From contig CAYRUB010000002.1 in assembly GCA_964427405.1 (NCBI GenBank), forward strand, positions 4,741 through 68,740: 64,000 nt of DNA, in the 5' to 3' direction. A program made the position numbers and the translations under genes. The notes under the pieces are model-generated. The model ran no database searches and was not told where the DNA came from. It saw only the letters and a list, made by a program, of their open reading frames with translations. This DNA is from an uncultured Planctomycetales bacterium. GTDB taxonomy: Bacteria; Omnitrophota; Gorgyraeia; Gygaellales; Profunditerraquicolaceae. This document shows positions 37,847-47,163 of this stretch, one piece after another. Each line of letters begins with the position of its first letter. Position 1 is the first letter of the stretch.

Positions 37847-38758
37847 ATGCAGATTTATGATTTGATTATTATCGGCGCTGGCCCCGCGGGGATAACTGCC
37901 AGTGTTTATGCAGCTAGAAAAAAGATAAATTTTTTAGTCATCAGCCTGGATATCGGCGGACAGGCTGCCTGGAGCGGGGATATTGAAAACTATACCGGAT
38001 ATCAATTCATTACCGGGCCGGAACTGGCGCAGAAATTCCAGGAGCATATGCTTAAGTATGATACTGTGCTCAGGGAAAATGAAGAGGTGCTGGAGCTTAA
38101 TAATTCCGAAGATGTATTCTTAGTCAAAACCAGCAAGGCAGAGTATCAGTCCCGGAGTGTAATTATAGCTTCAGGCAAGAAATCAAAGGAACTGGGGGTT
38201 CCGGGTGAAAAAGAGTTTAAGAACCGCGGCCTGACTTACTGCGCTACATGTGATGGCCCATTGTTTGGCGCTAAAACCGTAGCGGTTATCGGCGGCGGAA
38301 ACTCCGCGCTTGATGCGGCTTTGCAGCTGATTAAGGTTGCCAAGCAGGTGTACGTTATTAATAATACTCCAGCTTTAGGCGGAGATGCGATTATGCGTCA
38401 GAAGGTAGAAGAGGCGGAAAATGCCACTGTCTTTAATAATTCTCAAGTTATATCCGTATCAGGGGACAAATTTGTCAGCGCAATTAAAATTAAGAATAAT
38501 CCAGGGGTAAGAGATTTAGTTGTGCAGGGAGTATTTGTAGAAATTGGGCTTGTTCCTAACTCTGCATTTGCTGTTGGTGTAGAAAAAAATAATAAAGGTG
38601 AGATAAAAGTAAATTCACTCAATGAAACTAACATCTCCGGCGCCTTTGCCGCCGGAGATGTTACGGATGTGCCGGAAAAGCAGATTATTATCGCTGCCGG
38701 GGAAGGCTCCAAGGCAGCTTTAAGTGCCTCTAAATACCTGGCAAGAAGCAGGTTTTAA
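37847..38758 (+). CDS. trxB: Thioredoxin reductase-like disulfide reductase
   Basis: GAGPAG, CATCDG, GGGNSA, FAAGD. Confidence 0.88.
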   Translation: MQIYDLIIIGAGPAGITASVYAARKKINFLVISLDIGGQAAWSGDIENYTGYQFITGPELAQKFQEHMLKYDTVLRENEEVLELNNSEDVFLVKTSKAEYQSRSVIIASGKKSKELGVPGEKEFKNRGLTYCATCDGPLFGAKTVAVIGGGNSALDAALQLIKVAKQVYVINNTPALGGDAIMRQKVEEAENATVFNNSQVISVSGDKFVSAIKIKNNPGVRDLVVQGVFVEIGLVPNSAFAVGVEKNNKGEIKVNSLNETNISGAFAAGDVTDVPEKQIIIAAGEGSKAALSASKYLARSRF

Positions 38759-38761
38759 AAA

Positions 38762-39151
38762 ATGGATAAGAATACCAAATTCGTAGAGCTAAAGAATATT
38801 TTTAATATTTTACATAGCCGGCGCGGCTGTATGTGGGATAAACAGCAGACACATAAGAGCCTGGTCAGAGATTTAAAAGAAGAGGTTGATGAATTTATAG
38901 CGGCGGTAAATAAGAATAATTACCGAAATATGCAGGAGGAATTGGGGGATATCCTTCTGCATGTAATGTTTAATGCCCAAATCGCCAAGAAGCAAAAGAA
39001 GTTTGATATCGAAAAGGTAATTGCAGGTTTGATAAGCAAGCTAAAGCGTAGGCATCCGCATGTTTTTGGCAAGGTCAAGGTTAGTTCTACTCGCCAGATA
39101 ATTGCCAACTGGAATAAAATCAAGAAGAAGGAAAAGGCCGCGTTAGCTTAA
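38762..39151 (+). CDS. MazG nucleotide pyrophosphohydrolase (single domain)
   Basis: GCMWDKQQTH, EELGD, KRRHPHVF. Confidence 0.88.
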   Translation: MDKNTKFVELKNIFNILHSRRGCMWDKQQTHKSLVRDLKEEVDEFIAAVNKNNYRNMQEELGDILLHVMFNAQIAKKQKKFDIEKVIAGLISKLKRRHPHVFGKVKVSSTRQIIANWNKIKKKEKAALA

Positions 39152-39169
39152 GGCCAGGGCATAAATAAG

Positions 39170-39197
39170 TTGCGGGTATTTTATGCGGTGGTACAAT
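39170..39197 (+). promoter_or_regulatory. Sigma70-type promoter of nifU-larE operon
   Basis: TTGCGG-N16-TACAAT with TG extension. Confidence 0.55.
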
Positions 39198-39242
39198 TAA
39201 TATTGCGGCAGGGATTAATATATTTAAAAAAGGAGAATAAAA

Positions 39243-39464
39243 ATGAGAGAGAGAATTGAAAAGGCTTTAGATAAAGTCAGGCCTATGCTTGCAGCAGACG
39301 GCGGCAATGTCGAATTAGTTGATGTGACCAGTGATGGGGTAGTAAAGTTAAAACTAAAAGGGAGTTGCGGCTGCTGCCCGATGAGTTCAATGACCCTGAA
39401 AATGGGGATTGAGAAAATTCTGAAGCAGGAAGTGCCGGAAATAAAAGAAGTCGTGGCTTTGTAG
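39243..39464 (+). CDS. NifU/Nfu Fe-S carrier domain protein
   Basis: [23 protein letters not shown]. Confidence 0.92.
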   Translation: MRERIEKALDKVRPMLAADGGNVELVDVTSDGVVKLKLKGSCGCCPMSSMTLKMGIEKILKQEVPEIKEVVAL

Positions 39465-39476
39465 AAAAAATCAGCA

Positions 39477-40283
39477 ATGACCCTTCAGCATAAGCTTGCT
39501 TGCCTTAAGAGTAAAATCTGCGGGTATAAGTCGTGTGTAATTGCTTTTTCCGGAGGCCAGGATAGTGCGCTTTTACTTAAAGTTTGTTCACTTGTTTTGC
39601 CAAAAACAAATATTCTGGCGGTAACTGCGGTTTCTGCCACCTATCCTGAGGATGAGCTGGCTAAGGCAAGGATATTGGCAAAAGATATAGGCGTAAAGCT
39701 TAAGGTAATTAAAACCGCGGAATTATATAATAAGAAGTTTACAGCTAATTCCATTCAGCGTTGCTATTTTTGTAAAAAAGAATTATTTTCAAAGTTAATC
39801 GCCATTGCAAAGAGAAACAAATTAGACTTTGTTTTGGATGCCAGTAATATTTCGGATAAAAAAGATTATCGGCCGGGGAATATCGCTAAACAAGAGCTAA
39901 AAATAAAATCTCCTTTACTGGAGGCCAGTTTTAGTAAAGAAGATATCCGTAAATTAAGTAAGTCGTTAGGTTTGTCTAGTTGGGATAAGCCATCTTTGGC
40001 CTGTCTTGCTTCACGCGTGCCTTATGGCACGAAGATTACTGCCGGTCTGCTCAGGCGCATTGATCAGGCAGAGGCCTATTTAATTAGTTTGGGGTTTAGG
40101 CAGGTCAGGTTGCGTCACTATGACGGGCTTTGCCGGATTGAGGTAGAGAAGAAATATATCCGCCGACTCTTGCGTAATCGCCAGGCAATAGTTGAGAAGC
40201 TAAAAAATTTAGGTTATAATTATATCACTTTAGATTTAGAGGGGTATCGAACGGGAAGTTTAAATGAGGCAATTAAGAAATGA
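39477..40283 (+). CDS. larE: ATP-dependent sulfur transferase LarE
   Basis: SGGQDS, RCYFCK, DYRPG, WDKPSLACLASR, GYRTGS. Confidence 0.9.
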   Translation: MTLQHKLACLKSKICGYKSCVIAFSGGQDSALLLKVCSLVLPKTNILAVTAVSATYPEDELAKARILAKDIGVKLKVIKTAELYNKKFTANSIQRCYFCKKELFSKLIAIAKRNKLDFVLDASNISDKKDYRPGNIAKQELKIKSPLLEASFSKEDIRKLSKSLGLSSWDKPSLACLASRVPYGTKITAGLLRRIDQAEAYLISLGFRQVRLRHYDGLCRIEVEKKYIRRLLRNRQAIVEKLKNLGYNYITLDLEGYRTGSLNEAIKK

Positions 40284-41443
40284 AAAAAGTATATTTTGAT
40301 TATGCCGCAACCACGCCAACTGACCCGGAAGTTTTAGCCGCGATGGAGCCGTATTTCTTTGAGAAGTCCGGCAATGCCTCAAGCCTGCATGCTTATGGGC
40401 AGGAGGCTAAGAAAGCGGTTGAGGACAGCCGGGAAATACTCGCTGAGTTTATCGGCGCTAGATCCGAAGAGATTGTTTTTACTTCCGGCGGGACAGAGTC
40501 AGATAATTATGCGCTTTTAGGTTCTGCTTATGCGTTGGAGAAAAAAGGCAACCATATTATCACTTGCGCTATTGAACATCATGCCATTATTGAACCGCTT
40601 AAATTTCTGGAAAAGAAAGGTTTTAAAGTTACCTATCTTAAGGTGGATAAAGATGGCCTGGTTTCTCCGCAAGACCTAAGGGAGGCGATTACTGAGAAGA
40701 CTATCCTGGTTAGTATAATGCAGGCCAATAATGAGATAGGCACGCTTGAGCCTATCGCAGAGCTGGGTAAAATTGTTAGAGAAAAAGGAATTTATTTTCA
40801 TACCGACGCAGTGCAGACTATTGGGCATATCCCGGTGAATGTTGATGAGCTAAATGTAGATCTTTTGTCGCTTTCCGGCCATAAGTTTTATGGGCCAAAA
40901 GGCGTGGGTGCTTTATATATCCGGAAAGGTAGCCGCCTGGAAACATTTATGCGCGGAGGAGACCAGGAAAGAGGCAGGCGCGGTTCGACTTATAATACTA
41001 CCGGGATAGTTGGATTAGGCAAGGCAATTGAGCTTTGCCAAAAGAACATGAAGAATGAAATTAAATTTCAGAGTGCCTTGCGGGATAAATTAATCAAGGA
41101 GATCCCCGTTCGCATCCCGGAAGTAAGGCTTAATGGCCATCCTGAGAAGCGGCTGCCGAATAATGTCAATTTTTCCATCAAATATATCGAGGGGGAATCC
41201 ATGCTTTTAAATTTGGATTTGCTTGGTATTGCCTGTTCTACGGGTTCAGCCTGTACCTCAAGTTCTTTAGAACCTTCGCATGTTTTGTTAGCTATCGGTT
41301 TAGACCATGAGACTGCCCATGGTTCACTTAGGATTACTCTTGGCCGCTGGACCAAGGAAAGCGACGTTGACTATTTTCTGGAAAAGCTACCTCCGATTGT
41401 GCAAAAGTTACGCGCTATGAGCCCGCTTTATGAAGAAAAATAA
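40280..41443 (+). CDS. iscS: Cysteine desulfurase NifS/IscS
   Basis: DYAATT, HTDAVQ, SGHKFYGPKG, STGSAC. Confidence 0.93.
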   Translation: MKKVYFDYAATTPTDPEVLAAMEPYFFEKSGNASSLHAYGQEAKKAVEDSREILAEFIGARSEEIVFTSGGTESDNYALLGSAYALEKKGNHIITCAIEHHAIIEPLKFLEKKGFKVTYLKVDKDGLVSPQDLREAITEKTILVSIMQANNEIGTLEPIAELGKIVREKGIYFHTDAVQTIGHIPVNVDELNVDLLSLSGHKFYGPKGVGALYIRKGSRLETFMRGGDQERGRRGSTYNTTGIVGLGKAIELCQKNMKNEIKFQSALRDKLIKEIPVRIPEVRLNGHPEKRLPNNVNFSIKYIEGESMLLNLDLLGIACSTGSACTSSSLEPSHVLLAIGLDHETAHGSLRITLGRWTKESDVDYFLEKLPPIVQKLRAMSPLYEEK

Positions 41444-42491
41444 CCTTCCCAAACTCGGCAAAGTCCATCCGGATTTTTTTAATCAACATATATATCATAA
41501 ATTAGGCGCACCTGACGCATCCGTCTTGATCAAGCCGCAAAACGGCGTTGATTTTGGCGTGGTAGAGCTGGGCGCTCAGGTGATGGTCCTGTCCACAGAC
41601 CCGTTTTTTATCGCCAAAGAATTAGGCATAGAAAAAGCTGTCTGGTTTGCCGTGCATATTATTGCTAGTGATGTTGCCGTAAGCGGTATCCCGCCGAAGT
41701 ATTTGGCGATTGACCTTAATCTCCCTCCGCAGATTAGCGAGGATGAATTAATAAGATTATGGGATGCCGTGCATAAGGAATGTAAGAAATTAAGCATTAG
41801 CGTGGTCACCGGACATACCGCGCGTTATGCCGGTTGCAACTATCCTATGGTAGGCGGAGCAACCATGCTTGGATTGGGCAGGAGAAAAGAGCTTATTAAT
41901 CCGCATGCTAAAGCAGGGGATGAGATTATTATTACTAAGGGCCCGGCCATTGAAACTACTGGTTTATTGTCCGCTTACTTTCCAGAATTTATCCAAGCTA
42001 AATATGGCGCTTCTTTCCTGAAACGCGCTCAAAATGTTTTCTATCAGATGTCTACGGTAAAAGATGCTTCTATCGCTGCATCTATCGGCGGATTGACAAC
42101 TATGCATGATGCTACGGAGTGCGGGGTTTGGGGCGGACTCTTTGAGATTGCCCAGCATAGCCGGGTGGGTATGTGTATTGATTTGGATAAAATAATCCTT
42201 CAAGAAGAAGTGAGCTTGGTTTGTTCCTGTTTTGGCATTGACCCCTATAAGTCTATCAGTGAAGGTACATTATTGGCTACGGCTAATAAAAATAAAGCCA
42301 AATTAATTGTATCTGCTTTGGAAAGATCCGGAATTCCCGCCAGTATTGTTGGCCAGGTAACTGAGCAAAGTAAAGGTATGCGTGTTTTTAGCGGAAATAA
42401 AAGTTATGAGCTTAAGCATCCCAGGGTTGATCCGTTCTGGGGTAAATTCGAGGAGTATCTTAAGAAAAAGAATGAAAGAAAGAATACTTGA
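41430..42491 (+). CDS. AIR synthase-related (HypE/PurM-like) protein
   Basis: STDP, ASDVA, TGHT, MHDATECG, SEGTL. Confidence 0.85.
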   Translation: MKKNNLPKLGKVHPDFFNQHIYHKLGAPDASVLIKPQNGVDFGVVELGAQVMVLSTDPFFIAKELGIEKAVWFAVHIIASDVAVSGIPPKYLAIDLNLPPQISEDELIRLWDAVHKECKKLSISVVTGHTARYAGCNYPMVGGATMLGLGRRKELINPHAKAGDEIIITKGPAIETTGLLSAYFPEFIQAKYGASFLKRAQNVFYQMSTVKDASIAASIGGLTTMHDATECGVWGGLFEIAQHSRVGMCIDLDKIILQEEVSLVCSCFGIDPYKSISEGTLLATANKNKAKLIVSALERSGIPASIVGQVTEQSKGMRVFSGNKSYELKHPRVDPFWGKFEEYLKKKNERKNT

Positions 42492-43428
42492 TTATCTTAA
42501 AAAGGAGCATGAATATCTTTCAGGCGATGAAATAGCCGGCCATCTGGGAATCAGCCGGCAGGGCCTGTGGAAGCATATTCAGGATTTGAAAGATTCAGGT
42601 TATGATATTGTAGCAGTGCCGCATTTAGGTTATCGGCTTGAATCAAGCCCTGATCGGCTTTTTGCTTTAGAGATAACTCATGGCCTTAATACGAAGTTTA
42701 TTGCTAAGAAAATACACTATTTCGATTATCTGTCTTCAACCATGGATCTGGCGATGCAATTGGGAATACAGGCAGCGCCCAATGGAACACTTGTATTAGC
42801 CGAATCTCAGACTAAGGGCCGTGGAAGATTGGGTAGAAGTTGGTTTTCTCCTAAATACAAAGGTATCTATCTGTCTTTAATCTTAAGGCCGAAGATCTCG
42901 CCATCCGCTTCTCCTATGTTAACGCTTTTAAGTGCAGTGAGTATTTGTGAAGCGGTAAAAAAAGTCGTTGGATTGGACGCGCAGATCAAATGGCCGAATG
43001 ACGTGTTTATCTGCAACAAGAAAATTTCCGGTATCCTGACTGAAATGAACGCTGAGGTGGATAAGGTTAATTTTGTGGTTATTGGTATTGGTTTAAACGT
43101 CAACAATGATAAAAAATCCTTAATTGCTCAGGCTACTTCTTTGAAAGAACAGGCCGGCCAGTCGGTAAGCCGCATTCTCCTGTTGCAGGAACTTTTGCGC
43201 AGGATAGAAAACAATTATTCTCTTCTTGAGGACAAGGGGGCTCAGGCAATAATTGATAAATGGCGAAGTTTTAGCCTTACTCTGGGCAGGCGCGTCAAAG
43301 TATATTGTCAGGATAAACACATTGAAGGGGCGGCCGTAGATATTGATCAGGACGGAGCCTTGCTTATCCGTAAAGATTCAGGGCTGATGCAGAAAGTTTT
43401 TTCCGGTGATGTTATGCACTGCCGCTAA
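42472..43428 (+). CDS. birA: Bifunctional biotin ligase/repressor with N-terminal HTH
   Basis: SGDEIAGHLGISRQGLWKHI HTH; QTKGRGRLGR; KWPND; KKISGIL; start at ATG 42472. Confidence 0.95.
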   Translation: MKERILDYLKKEHEYLSGDEIAGHLGISRQGLWKHIQDLKDSGYDIVAVPHLGYRLESSPDRLFALEITHGLNTKFIAKKIHYFDYLSSTMDLAMQLGIQAAPNGTLVLAESQTKGRGRLGRSWFSPKYKGIYLSLILRPKISPSASPMLTLLSAVSICEAVKKVVGLDAQIKWPNDVFICNKKISGILTEMNAEVDKVNFVVIGIGLNVNNDKKSLIAQATSLKEQAGQSVSRILLLQELLRRIENNYSLLEDKGAQAIIDKWRSFSLTLGRRVKVYCQDKHIEGAAVDIDQDGALLIRKDSGLMQKVFSGDVMHCR

Positions 43429-43429
43429 C

Positions 43430-43481
43430 TGTAAACCATAAATATATTATTGGTTGACAATTAATCCGCACAACTTATAAT
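43430..43481 (+). promoter_or_regulatory. BirA-type operator overlapping a consensus promoter
   Basis: TGTAAACC-N14-GGTTGACA (43430-43459); TTGACA-N16-TATAAT (43454-43481). Confidence 0.75.
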
Positions 43482-43487
43482 AGTTTC

Positions 43488-45281
43488 ATGTTAAAAATAA
43501 GACTGTGCGGATTTTTTATCATCGCTTTTCTTATTCTTCCGAAAATATCATTTTCCTCTGAAGAAAAATCTCAATATTTGGAGCCAATAGTTGTCAGCAA
43601 GCAAAAGCAGTTTCTTCTAAATATCTATTCTACGGGACTTGCTAAAGACCAGGCTTTTAATTATCAATCCAGTTTAGAGAATTTAAGTAATTTGCCGGTA
43701 GACTTACAGAGCCGTACTTTAGAAAGCGGCATACAGACGGATTTCTCGCTGCGCGGCTCAACCTTCCAGCAGGTTTTGATTTTGCTCAACGGCCAGCGGA
43801 TTAATGATCCACAGACCGCACATCATAATTCGGATATCCCTTTTACTAAAGAAGATATTAAGAAGATAGAAGTGATCCCCGGGGTAAGTTCTTCTTTATT
43901 CGGGCCGGATGCCATCGGCGGAGCTATAAATTTTACCTTGGCTGCCCCCAGGGAAAGGAAGATTGCCTGGGAATTTGCCGTAGGCAATAACCGTAATGGC
44001 TACGGATTATTCAGCATGAGTGATAAAATTAAAAGTTTGGGTTTCAGGTTTTCCATTGAAGATGCCCAGTCTAAAGGTTTCCGCTATGATACAGATTATA
44101 AGAAATTCACCACTTCTTTAGGGGCGTATTTAGATTTACCGGATACCGGGGTTTGGGAAAATAACTTTGGTTATCAGGAAAAGGCGTTTGGGGCCTACGA
44201 TTTTTATTCTCCGGGTCTGGGTAAGCCTTCTTATGAACAGACTAAGACTTATTTATTTGACAGCAGCCTTGTTTTAAATAAGGATGATTTGCTGATCAAA
44301 CCGAATTTTATCTGGCGCCGGCATTTTGATAAATTTGCCTATATCCGGACAATTGATAGCTATAACCATCATCATACGGATATGTTTATTCCCGGAATTT
44401 ATTTTCAAAAAGAAGCCGGATTATTGGGCAAGGTTGGTTTAGGGTTGGAGTATGGAGGAGAGAGGATTATTTCCTCGAGTATGGGCAAGCATACGCGTGA
44501 TCATAGAAGTATATTCCTGGATAATAGCGTAAGTGTCGGCTCAAACTGGGATCTGGGTTTTTCTTTCCGCGTGGATGATTTCTCCGATTTTAATCTAGAG
44601 TACACCGGTTCCCTGAGCGCTAAGTTTAAGCTTACGGATGCAGTAGCCTTTAATTTCGGTATTTCCAGGAATATCCGCGTTCCATCGTTTACCGAGCTCT
44701 ATTATAGTGATCCGACGACAATAGGTAATCCCGATTTAGTTGCTGAAAAAGCCTGGAGTTACCAGGCGGGTTTTGAGTATAAAGAAGAAGGTTTCTGCTC
44801 GGGGATGGCTATATTTTTACGCCAAGAAAAGGAGATGATTGATTGGGTAAAATCTGATTCCACTCAGCCATACTGGCAGGCAAGAAACTTTACGCGTGAC
44901 AATGTGTTTGGGGTTGAATATTCCTTGCGTAAAAAGATTAATAGGGTTTTGAGTTTGGATGCTAACTATACTTACACTGATAAAAGCATAGATAATCAAG
45001 GTTATCTTTATAAATATGGCCCAAATTATGCCCAACATTTAATTAATACTGTATTTAATCTGCAATTACCTTTTGGCCAACAGGAGATAGGGTTTAATTA
45101 TAAGAAGAGGCCTGGCCGCCGGGGATGGTTATTGATGAATTCCGGGTTTAACTATAATTTAAACCGTTTCGCCAAGATTTTTTTGCACGCGGAGAATATT
45201 TTGAACGTGGAGTATCAGGATATCGAGGGGATCCCCCAGCCCGGCAGGTATATTGAGGCAGGCATAAGGCTTCAGTGGTGA
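43488..45281 (+). CDS. TonB-dependent outer membrane receptor
   Basis: Signal; EPIVVS TonB box; SLRGS, IEVIPG.SSSLFGPDAIGGAIN plug; PSFTELY; PGR...IRLQW terminus. Confidence 0.92.
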   Translation: MLKIRLCGFFIIAFLILPKISFSSEEKSQYLEPIVVSKQKQFLLNIYSTGLAKDQAFNYQSSLENLSNLPVDLQSRTLESGIQTDFSLRGSTFQQVLILLNGQRINDPQTAHHNSDIPFTKEDIKKIEVIPGVSSSLFGPDAIGGAINFTLAAPRERKIAWEFAVGNNRNGYGLFSMSDKIKSLGFRFSIEDAQSKGFRYDTDYKKFTTSLGAYLDLPDTGVWENNFGYQEKAFGAYDFYSPGLGKPSYEQTKTYLFDSSLVLNKDDLLIKPNFIWRRHFDKFAYIRTIDSYNHHHTDMFIPGIYFQKEAGLLGKVGLGLEYGGERIISSSMGKHTRDHRSIFLDNSVSVGSNWDLGFSFRVDDFSDFNLEYTGSLSAKFKLTDAVAFNFGISRNIRVPSFTELYYSDPTTIGNPDLVAEKAWSYQAGFEYKEEGFCSGMAIFLRQEKEMIDWVKSDSTQPYWQARNFTRDNVFGVEYSLRKKINRVLSLDANYTYTDKSIDNQGYLYKYGPNYAQHLINTVFNLQLPFGQQEIGFNYKKRPGRRGWLLMNSGFNYNLNRFAKIFLHAENILNVEYQDIEGIPQPGRYIEAGIRLQW

Positions 45282-45346
45282 TAGTATTTGTTTTAAGCAA
45301 ACAATAGTGTATAATAATTTAATTTATAACTACAAAAAAGGACTTT

Positions 45347-45637
45347 ATGTTTATCCACGTTGTTTTGTTTGAAATAAATCCGAAAGAGGTAGCTAAATAC
45401 CGTAAGGATAGCCTGATGTGGGCAACCCATACCAAGAAAGCCAGAGGTTTTCTGGGGTATCAGACTATGAAACGCTATGGGTTTAAAAATCAATATGCTT
45501 CGGTATACCAATGGTTAAAAAAGACTGATCATGATCGTTTTATGAATAAATACCATGATTGGCTGGTAGGTAAATCTAAGGCCAAAGTTAAGGTTCTGGG
45601 TTATTATAACCTTAAAGGGATAGATAGTTTGAAATAA
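45347..45637 (+). CDS. ABM/dimeric alpha-beta barrel protein
   Basis: ARGFLGY...YASVYQW...H pattern; TTGTTT-N16-TATAAT upstream. Confidence 0.65.
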   Translation: MFIHVVLFEINPKEVAKYRKDSLMWATHTKKARGFLGYQTMKRYGFKNQYASVYQWLKKTDHDRFMNKYHDWLVGKSKAKVKVLGYYNLKGIDSLK

Positions 45638-45645
45638 AAAGCCTA

Positions 45646-45673
45646 TTGACAAGCCGGAAGTTTTATATATAAT
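45646..45673 (+). promoter_or_regulatory. Consensus promoter of cold-shock gene 1
   Basis: TTGACA-N16-TATAAT. Confidence 0.8.
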
Positions 45674-45796
45674 TTGTTCTATAGTAGATAAAGGTAGGAA
45701 TCTTTAGCCGTAAGGAGAGAGAAAACAGGCCTTACGGGTTTTTTATTTTTGCCTCTTAAGCTACTATAATTTTGTGGAAAGGAGGAAGCAAAGAAA

Positions 45797-45997
45797 ATGG
45801 CAAAAGGAAAAGTAAAGTGGTTTTCCAATCAAAAAGGCTATGGGTTTATTACTCCTGAGAATGGTGTTGATGTATTCGTACATCATACCGCGATTCAGGG
45901 TGATGGCTATAAGACTTTAGAGGAGGGCCAGGAGGTTGAGTTTGAGGTCGAAAAAGGTCCTAAGGGTGAACAAGCTACTAAAGTAGTGAAGTTATAA
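45797..45997 (+). CDS. Cold-shock protein
   Basis: KGYGFI (RNP1), DVFVH (RNP2). Confidence 0.97.
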   Translation: MAKGKVKWFSNQKGYGFITPENGVDVFVHHTAIQGDGYKTLEEGQEVEFEVEKGPKGEQATKVVKL

Positions 45998-46013
45998 CCT
46001 ATCAGGAATAAAG

Positions 46014-46046
46014 AAAAGGCCCGGCACAAAATGCTGGGCCTTTTTT
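46014..46046 (+). terminator. Intrinsic terminator
   Basis: AAAAGGCCCGGCA/TGCTGGGCCTTTTTT. Confidence 0.8.
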
Positions 46047-46094
46047 GTTAAAATTTAAAGCCATAGTAGTATAAAATGAAACCGGGCAAATTAT

Positions 46095-47162
46095 ATGAAT
46101 AAGCGGGTATTCGTGGCGATGAGCGGCGGGGTGGATTCTTCGGTGGCTGCTGCCCTTTTAAAGGAGCAGGGCTATGAGGTAATCGGCCTGACTATGTGTT
46201 TTAATCTGGCAGAAAGCAGCGGCAAGAAGCCAAGCTGTTGCGGATTAGTTGGGATTGAAGATGCCCGGCGGGTAGCACAGAAGTTAGGGATCCGGCATTA
46301 TATCGTAAATTTAGATAAAGATTTCTCCCGTAAGGTAATCCAAAATTTCTGCCAGGAATATATTTCCGGCAGGACTCCTAATCCTTGCGTAAGGTGTAAT
46401 CAGTTCATAAAATTCGGTATTTTATTTAAGAAAGCAATTGGCTTGGGGGCGCAATTTTTGGCTACCGGCCATTACGCCAGGATTGTAAAATCAAGACAAG
46501 GATACTTACTTAAGAAAGCCAGAGACCTTAAAAAAGATCAATCTTATTTTTTATATCGTTTAAATCAAGGGCAGCTTAAACAAATTATTTTTCCTTTAGG
46601 CAATTATACCAAGACCCAGGTAAGGGGTATGGCTTGTGATTTTAAGCTCAATGTAGCAGAAAAACAGGATAGCCAGGAGATTTGTTTCTTACCTGATGGA
46701 GAGTATGGGGATTTGATTAACGCCAAGGGTTCAAATCGCGTTAGGCCGGGATACCTGGTTGATAAAAATGGAACTATTCTCGGCAAACATAAAGGTATTC
46801 CATTTTATACCATAGGCCAGCGTCAGGGGTTGGGTATTGCCAAGGGGTATCCTTTGTATGTAACACAGATTAACGCCAAGAATAATCAGGTTACCGTGGG
46901 CACCCGCGATGATGCATGCAAAAAAGAATTCTTGGCCAAAGACGTACATCTTTTAGGCAGGCCTTTTAAAAAGAAGGTTGAGATAAATGTAAAGATACGC
47001 TATAATCATAAAGAATCGCTTGCCGTGGTTTATCCGGTTAAGGGCGGTTTGAAAATTTGTTTTAAACAGCCTCAGTTTGCCATAACTCCCGGACAATCTG
47101 CAGTCTTTTATAAAGGTAGCACTGTTTTAGGCGGAGGCATAATCGAGAAAGTGCTGGATTAA
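46095..47162 (+). CDS. mnmA: tRNA 2-thiouridine synthase
   Basis: AMSGGVDS, TPNPCVRCN, ATGHY, KDQSYFL, DSQEICF, TPGQ. Confidence 0.96.
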   Translation: MNKRVFVAMSGGVDSSVAAALLKEQGYEVIGLTMCFNLAESSGKKPSCCGLVGIEDARRVAQKLGIRHYIVNLDKDFSRKVIQNFCQEYISGRTPNPCVRCNQFIKFGILFKKAIGLGAQFLATGHYARIVKSRQGYLLKKARDLKKDQSYFLYRLNQGQLKQIIFPLGNYTKTQVRGMACDFKLNVAEKQDSQEICFLPDGEYGDLINAKGSNRVRPGYLVDKNGTILGKHKGIPFYTIGQRQGLGIAKGYPLYVTQINAKNNQVTVGTRDDACKKEFLAKDVHLLGRPFKKKVEINVKIRYNHKESLAVVYPVKGGLKICFKQPQFAITPGQSAVFYKGSTVLGGGIIEKVLD

Positions 47163-47163
47163 G

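Noticed and set aside
42382-42471. ORF-track upstream extensions (birA; also 2809, 8090, 10952, 13945, 17658, 29885, 58800, 59090)
   Set aside because: They overlap upstream genes or promoters; downstream ATGs fit SD, coupling or family N-termini better.
43488-45281. Assignment as btuB
   Set aside because: No cobalamin riboswitch or B12 genes; a BirA-type operator is present instead.
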